From: Octopus sinensis | Lineage: Eukaryota | NCBI RefSeq assembly: GCF_006345805.1 | Contig: NC_043006.1 | Location: 44,640,001 to 44,704,000 of the forward strand | DNA length: 64,000 nt | Reading direction: 5' to 3' | Shown: in pieces, positions 60,164 to 64,000 of the stretch | How positions within the stretch are numbered: the first letter of the stretch is position 1 | Layout of the letters: each line of letters opens with the position of its first letter | The notes under the pieces: generated by a model | Database searches by the model: none | Seen by the model: the letters and a program-made list of their open reading frames with translations, nothing else | What the model was told of the DNA's origin: nothing | Program-made: the position numbers and the translations under genes

Positions 60164-60200
<37 letters not shown>

Positions 60201-61764
60201 TTGAAAACACGAGGCTTAGGGTTCAGAATGTTGGACTGACATTGTTCAGTTGGTGGGTTCAAGTCTCAGAGGAGGGGTCTTGTTGCTTTGCTGAGCCAGG
60301 TATTTCATACACACGCACGCACAAACGCAATTTTTTTGTTGTTCATATTTTCCTGTTTGTTTGATATTTTTAATTAGTGAATAATAATAAATTCTTAAAC
60401 TGACCGGGGTTTCTTCCCCACCACCCTTTAACAAAGTACTCGGCAGCAAATGAGCCTTTCACCCTCATTACACCTCACTCTCCACCCTTCCTTTCCGATT
60501 TCACTTAATCCTTTTCCCCATTCCTTTCTCACAGTGGACCACGATGTATCACCCTTCACTCATCCTTTGAAACTCCATCCTTTTCATTTCATTTGGCCAG
60601 TGTATTTATGAATTCAATAGATGAGATGTTGCAGGCTCCTAGTTGATATTTGTTGTTGTTGTTGTTGCTGTTGCTGTTGTTGTTGTTGTTGTTGCCCTTC
60701 TCCTTCTTGCCCCTGCATACTAACTTGTAACAAAACAGAAGTCTGTTCAGGTAAACTGGTTTACTTCATCCCTCCATAGTGTTAGTCTTTTTAAAATTTT
60801 TTTCTCCCCCCCCACCCCACTGACTTGATAAAAATCTGTCAGCTTGAGAATTTTAGTTTGAAAGCATTGTTAGAATTTATTATTTTTTTTTTTTTTGTAA
60901 TATTAAATAATAAAATACAAATTGTGTGTGTGTGTGTGTGTGTGTGTGTCTGCGTAGGAGTGACAGTGAAAGAAGTAGAAATAATGAAGGAACGAGGTTG
61001 GTTTTTGGGTGAAAAATAATGTTTTGTGTATGAGTGTAAATATGGTGAAATGGAAACAGAGATTTAGAAAAAAAATTAAATGTAAAAAAGAAAAAAAAAA
61101 TGAAAATGTATGAAAGAGAGGGAAGGTAAAAAAAAAAAAAGGAGAATAAGGAGTATCTGTAACATTGTTACTTTATTGTGAATGATAATGAAAGAATGAA
61201 TCACAAGAAATACTAATAAATGACTTTGATTCATGAAATGTTTTGTGTTGTTTTCCTTCCTATATTTAAATTGCTGATTTTATTTTCTGAGTCTTTGTTA
61301 AAGCTTGTGACAACATAATAAGGCTGCCAAGAACATTCATAAACCATAAACTTTGCATTTTAAGATTTAGTGTTTAATGCCCCTCATCTCCTTGTGAGTA
61401 ACAAAGCTGTGAACAACATTTTTCTTTCTTTCTCTCTTTCTGTTTTTGTTTGGCCTGAAGAAAGGAAGAGGCTATGCCGGTGCCCACCTACTTTGCACAC
61501 CTTTCAAGACTGCTGAAATCAATAAAATTCAGGGTGGGGTGATTGACACCATGTGGACAACAAAAAGAGGAGACATGAGCATGAGAAGTGACATGACACT
61601 AAGCTAGCTTTGAAGAATAGAGGCCACTGTTGTAGTAGTAGAAATGAGAGAGAAGACACAGCTCAATTGTGGCCAAAAGTTGGAATGTGTTGGTGAGCGA
61701 CATGTCAGTCAGTCAAATGAGTTACCATATTCTGCTCTAGGATGTTCTGTGTATAGCAGCAGCA

Positions 61765-61945
61765 TGTGGAGGTGCAATGACCCAGTGGTTAGGGCAGTGG
61801 ACTTACGGTCGTAAGAATGCGGTTTCGATTCCCATTGTGAGTGTTTATTGAGCAAAAACACCTAAAGCTCCATGAGGCTCCAGTAGGGGGTGGTGGTGAA
61901 CTCCGCTGTACTCTTTCACCACAACTTTCTCTCACTCTTTCTTTC
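61765..61945 (+). mobile_element. Family D SINE, 3' truncated
   Basis: gtggaggtgcaatgacccagtggttagggcagtggactta...ggtttcgattcc...aaacacctaaagctcc. Confidence 0.78.
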
Positions 61946-62419
61946 TACTTCTGCCGCAAAGCAGAGTAACCATGGTGTAACCCACTATGGTGTGGTAAAC
62001 TTTCAGACCCTAGTCTAGATTGCGAATCCTCTGTACTCCATGATGGTTCAGCTCTCCACCCGTTCAAAAAGCCACCGTTTACGGAATGAGGAGAACAATA
62101 TAGCTTTCGCGTCTGTGCAACTGCCAGTCTATTGCGTTTGGTGGATCTTCAAGTTGCCACATGCATTCTTAGTAGCTTAGAGTAGGCTCGAATTAGAGAT
62201 TATTCTTTGTGGCTAATGGCGTGAGACCTGACTGGAACAAGAAGAAGCATTGTATTCAGAGCTGGAAGAAATGCCGCTAAATATTTTTCTGACATGCTAA
62301 CATTTTGCCTAATGAATCAGTTAGCTTGCCAGCTTGATGCAGTCTTGGCTCTGCTACTTTTTCCTTGCCGCATATAACTCCCATCTGTTGTGATCTTTGG
62401 TGGCAGCAGCAGTGTTAAG

Positions 62420-62845
62420 ACGGTGAGGTGGCAGAATCGCTAGTACACCTGGGCAAAATGATTAGCAGCGTTTGGTTCATCTTTACATTCTGAGTACAAA
62501 TTCCACTGACATCGACTTCACCTTTCGTCCTTTCAGGGTCAATAAATTAAGTACCAGTTAAACACTGGGGTTGATGTAATCGACTAGACCCCTCCCCAAC
62601 AATTTCAGACCTTGTGCCTCTAGTAGAAAGGATTATTATTATTATTAGTTGGCAACCTGACAGATTCTGCTGCTGACATAATACTTAGCGGCGTTTCATC
62701 TGTCTTTACTTTCTGAAGTCAAGTTCCACCAAGGTTGACTTTACCTTTCAGCCTTTCAGGGTGGATGAAATAAGTACCAGTTAAATAATCGGCTAGTCCC
62801 CCTCCCCCAAATTTCAGGACTTGTGCCTATGGTAGAAAGGATTAT
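62420..62845 (+). mobile_element. Two family C SINEs in tandem
   Basis: Two copies of ...cctttca...taagtaccagtt...cttgtgcct...gtagaaaggattatt. Confidence 0.78.
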
Positions 62846-63117
62846 TTTTCAAGACATACCTAAATGATATGCCTGATGTCTTGCTGTATCCCCAAACCAC
62901 ATTGAGTCAACGGGATAATTTTCAAGTGGTCAATCGACCTGCTAGAAAGAACAATGAAATTTTTCTGAAATCGTATCATGTAAATTTTATTAGATAATGT
63001 CATTCAAGATACACTGCCAGACAGAAAAAAGAAAAAGGATCTCGGTCACAATGCCTCTTATCATAAGTATCGATCAGGACAATCTGGGGCTAAACTACAA
63101 TTTCACCAATGGTTCAC

Positions 63118-63470
63118 CATCATCATCATTTAACATCCATTGTCCATGCTGGCATGGGTTGGATGGTTTGACCAGAGCTGGCAAGCTGGAAGGCTGCACC
63201 AGGTTCCTGTCTGATTTGGCTTGGTTTTCTATGGCTCAATACCCTTCCTAATGCTAATCACTCTGAGTGTGTAATGGGTGCTTTTACGTGCCACTGGCAT
63301 GGGTGCCATTTACGTGGCACCAGTATCTGCCACGACGGCGATTTTGTTTGGCTTGATGAGTCTTCTCAAGCATGACATAATGCCAAAGGCCTTGGTCATT
63401 GCCTCTGTGAGGCCCAACACTCAAAAGGAACTCGGCCACTTTGCCTCCGTGAGGCCCAATGTTGTGAGTG
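63118..63470 (-). mobile_element. Family B element
   Basis: catcatcatttaacatcc...ccttcctaatgc...gtgccactggc. Confidence 0.78.
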
Positions 63471-64000
63471 GCTGATCAGCTGAGTTTGTATTTCACCCTC
63501 AGAATTGCGCTATGTAACTGGCAAAAATACTTAACTCTCAAATGGCCTAGTGATGGACTGAAAAGGTATTTAAAAAATTGCTCATAGGTGCTGGCATGCT
63601 TCTGTGTTTAAGAAGTTCGTTTGCCAATCACATTCTTTCAGGTTCAGTCCTACTGCCTGGTACCTTTGGCAAATGTCTTCTATAATTCCAGACTGAATGA
63701 ATTTGATGGAATGAAACTACGTGGAAGTGGGGGCTGTAATCTAATGACTAAAACCAGTGAAAAAATAAAAGAAACAAGCACACTTATAATATATTTCTTT
63801 ATTACCCACAAGGGGCTAAACATAGAGGGATAATAGGTGTGCATTTGTGTTTGTCTTTGTACTGTTTTGCTTGACAACCAGTATTGGTTTCTTTATGTCA
63901 GTGTAATTTAGCAGTTCAGCTAAAGAGTATGACAGAATAAAATTCAGACTTTAAAAGTAAGCACTGAGGTTGATCTAATCTACTAAACTCTTTACAGCAG

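Larger units (their letters stand above)
57700..60200. repeat. AT-rich degenerate microsatellite region with embedded SINEs
   Basis: (TA)n/(TATG)n/(TG)n mosaics. Confidence 0.9.

Noticed and set aside
4282-60262. Many listed ORFs rich in H/T, V/C, Y/I/M (e.g. 8176-8613, 34480-35279, 57782-60262)
   Set aside because: They are translations of (CA)n, (TG)n and (TA)n microsatellites, not genes.
51000-64000. A second protein-coding gene downstream of TPP2
   Set aside because: No exon with recognisable homology was found; the more complex patches (60240-60460, 61430-61750, 61970-62280) lack supportable reading frames.

Overview
AT-rich, microsatellite- and SINE-dense animal genomic DNA; the repeat complement suggests an octopod cephalopod (inference, not tested). 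The dominant feature is the 3' part of a tripeptidyl-peptidase II gene (TPP2) on the + strand. I traced 17 GT-AG coding exons from 815 to the stop at 50752 (2289 nt, 762 aa plus stop), and all intron phases are consistent. The N-terminal subtilisin-like catalytic exons must lie upstream of the window. One intron (32819-40596) holds a 100-N gap, an RTE-clade LINE fragment (-) and a near full-length two-ORF CR1-group LINE (+). That LINE's ORF1 appears to carry a Myb/SANT-like domain plus a CCCH finger, and its 3' tail is shared, with compensatory stem changes, by the commonest SINE in the window. Also present: at least five SINE-like families, piggyBac-, hAT- and pogo-type MITEs, three long foldback elements, a perfect 36-bp palindrome, SINE-seeded minisatellites, and several degenerate type I hammerhead-ribozyme motifs beside (TA)n tracts. 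No protein-coding gene was recognised in 51-64 kb. Exon and TIR coordinates were counted by hand; SINE boundaries are approximate (about +/-15 bp); family names are from memory, not from database searches.
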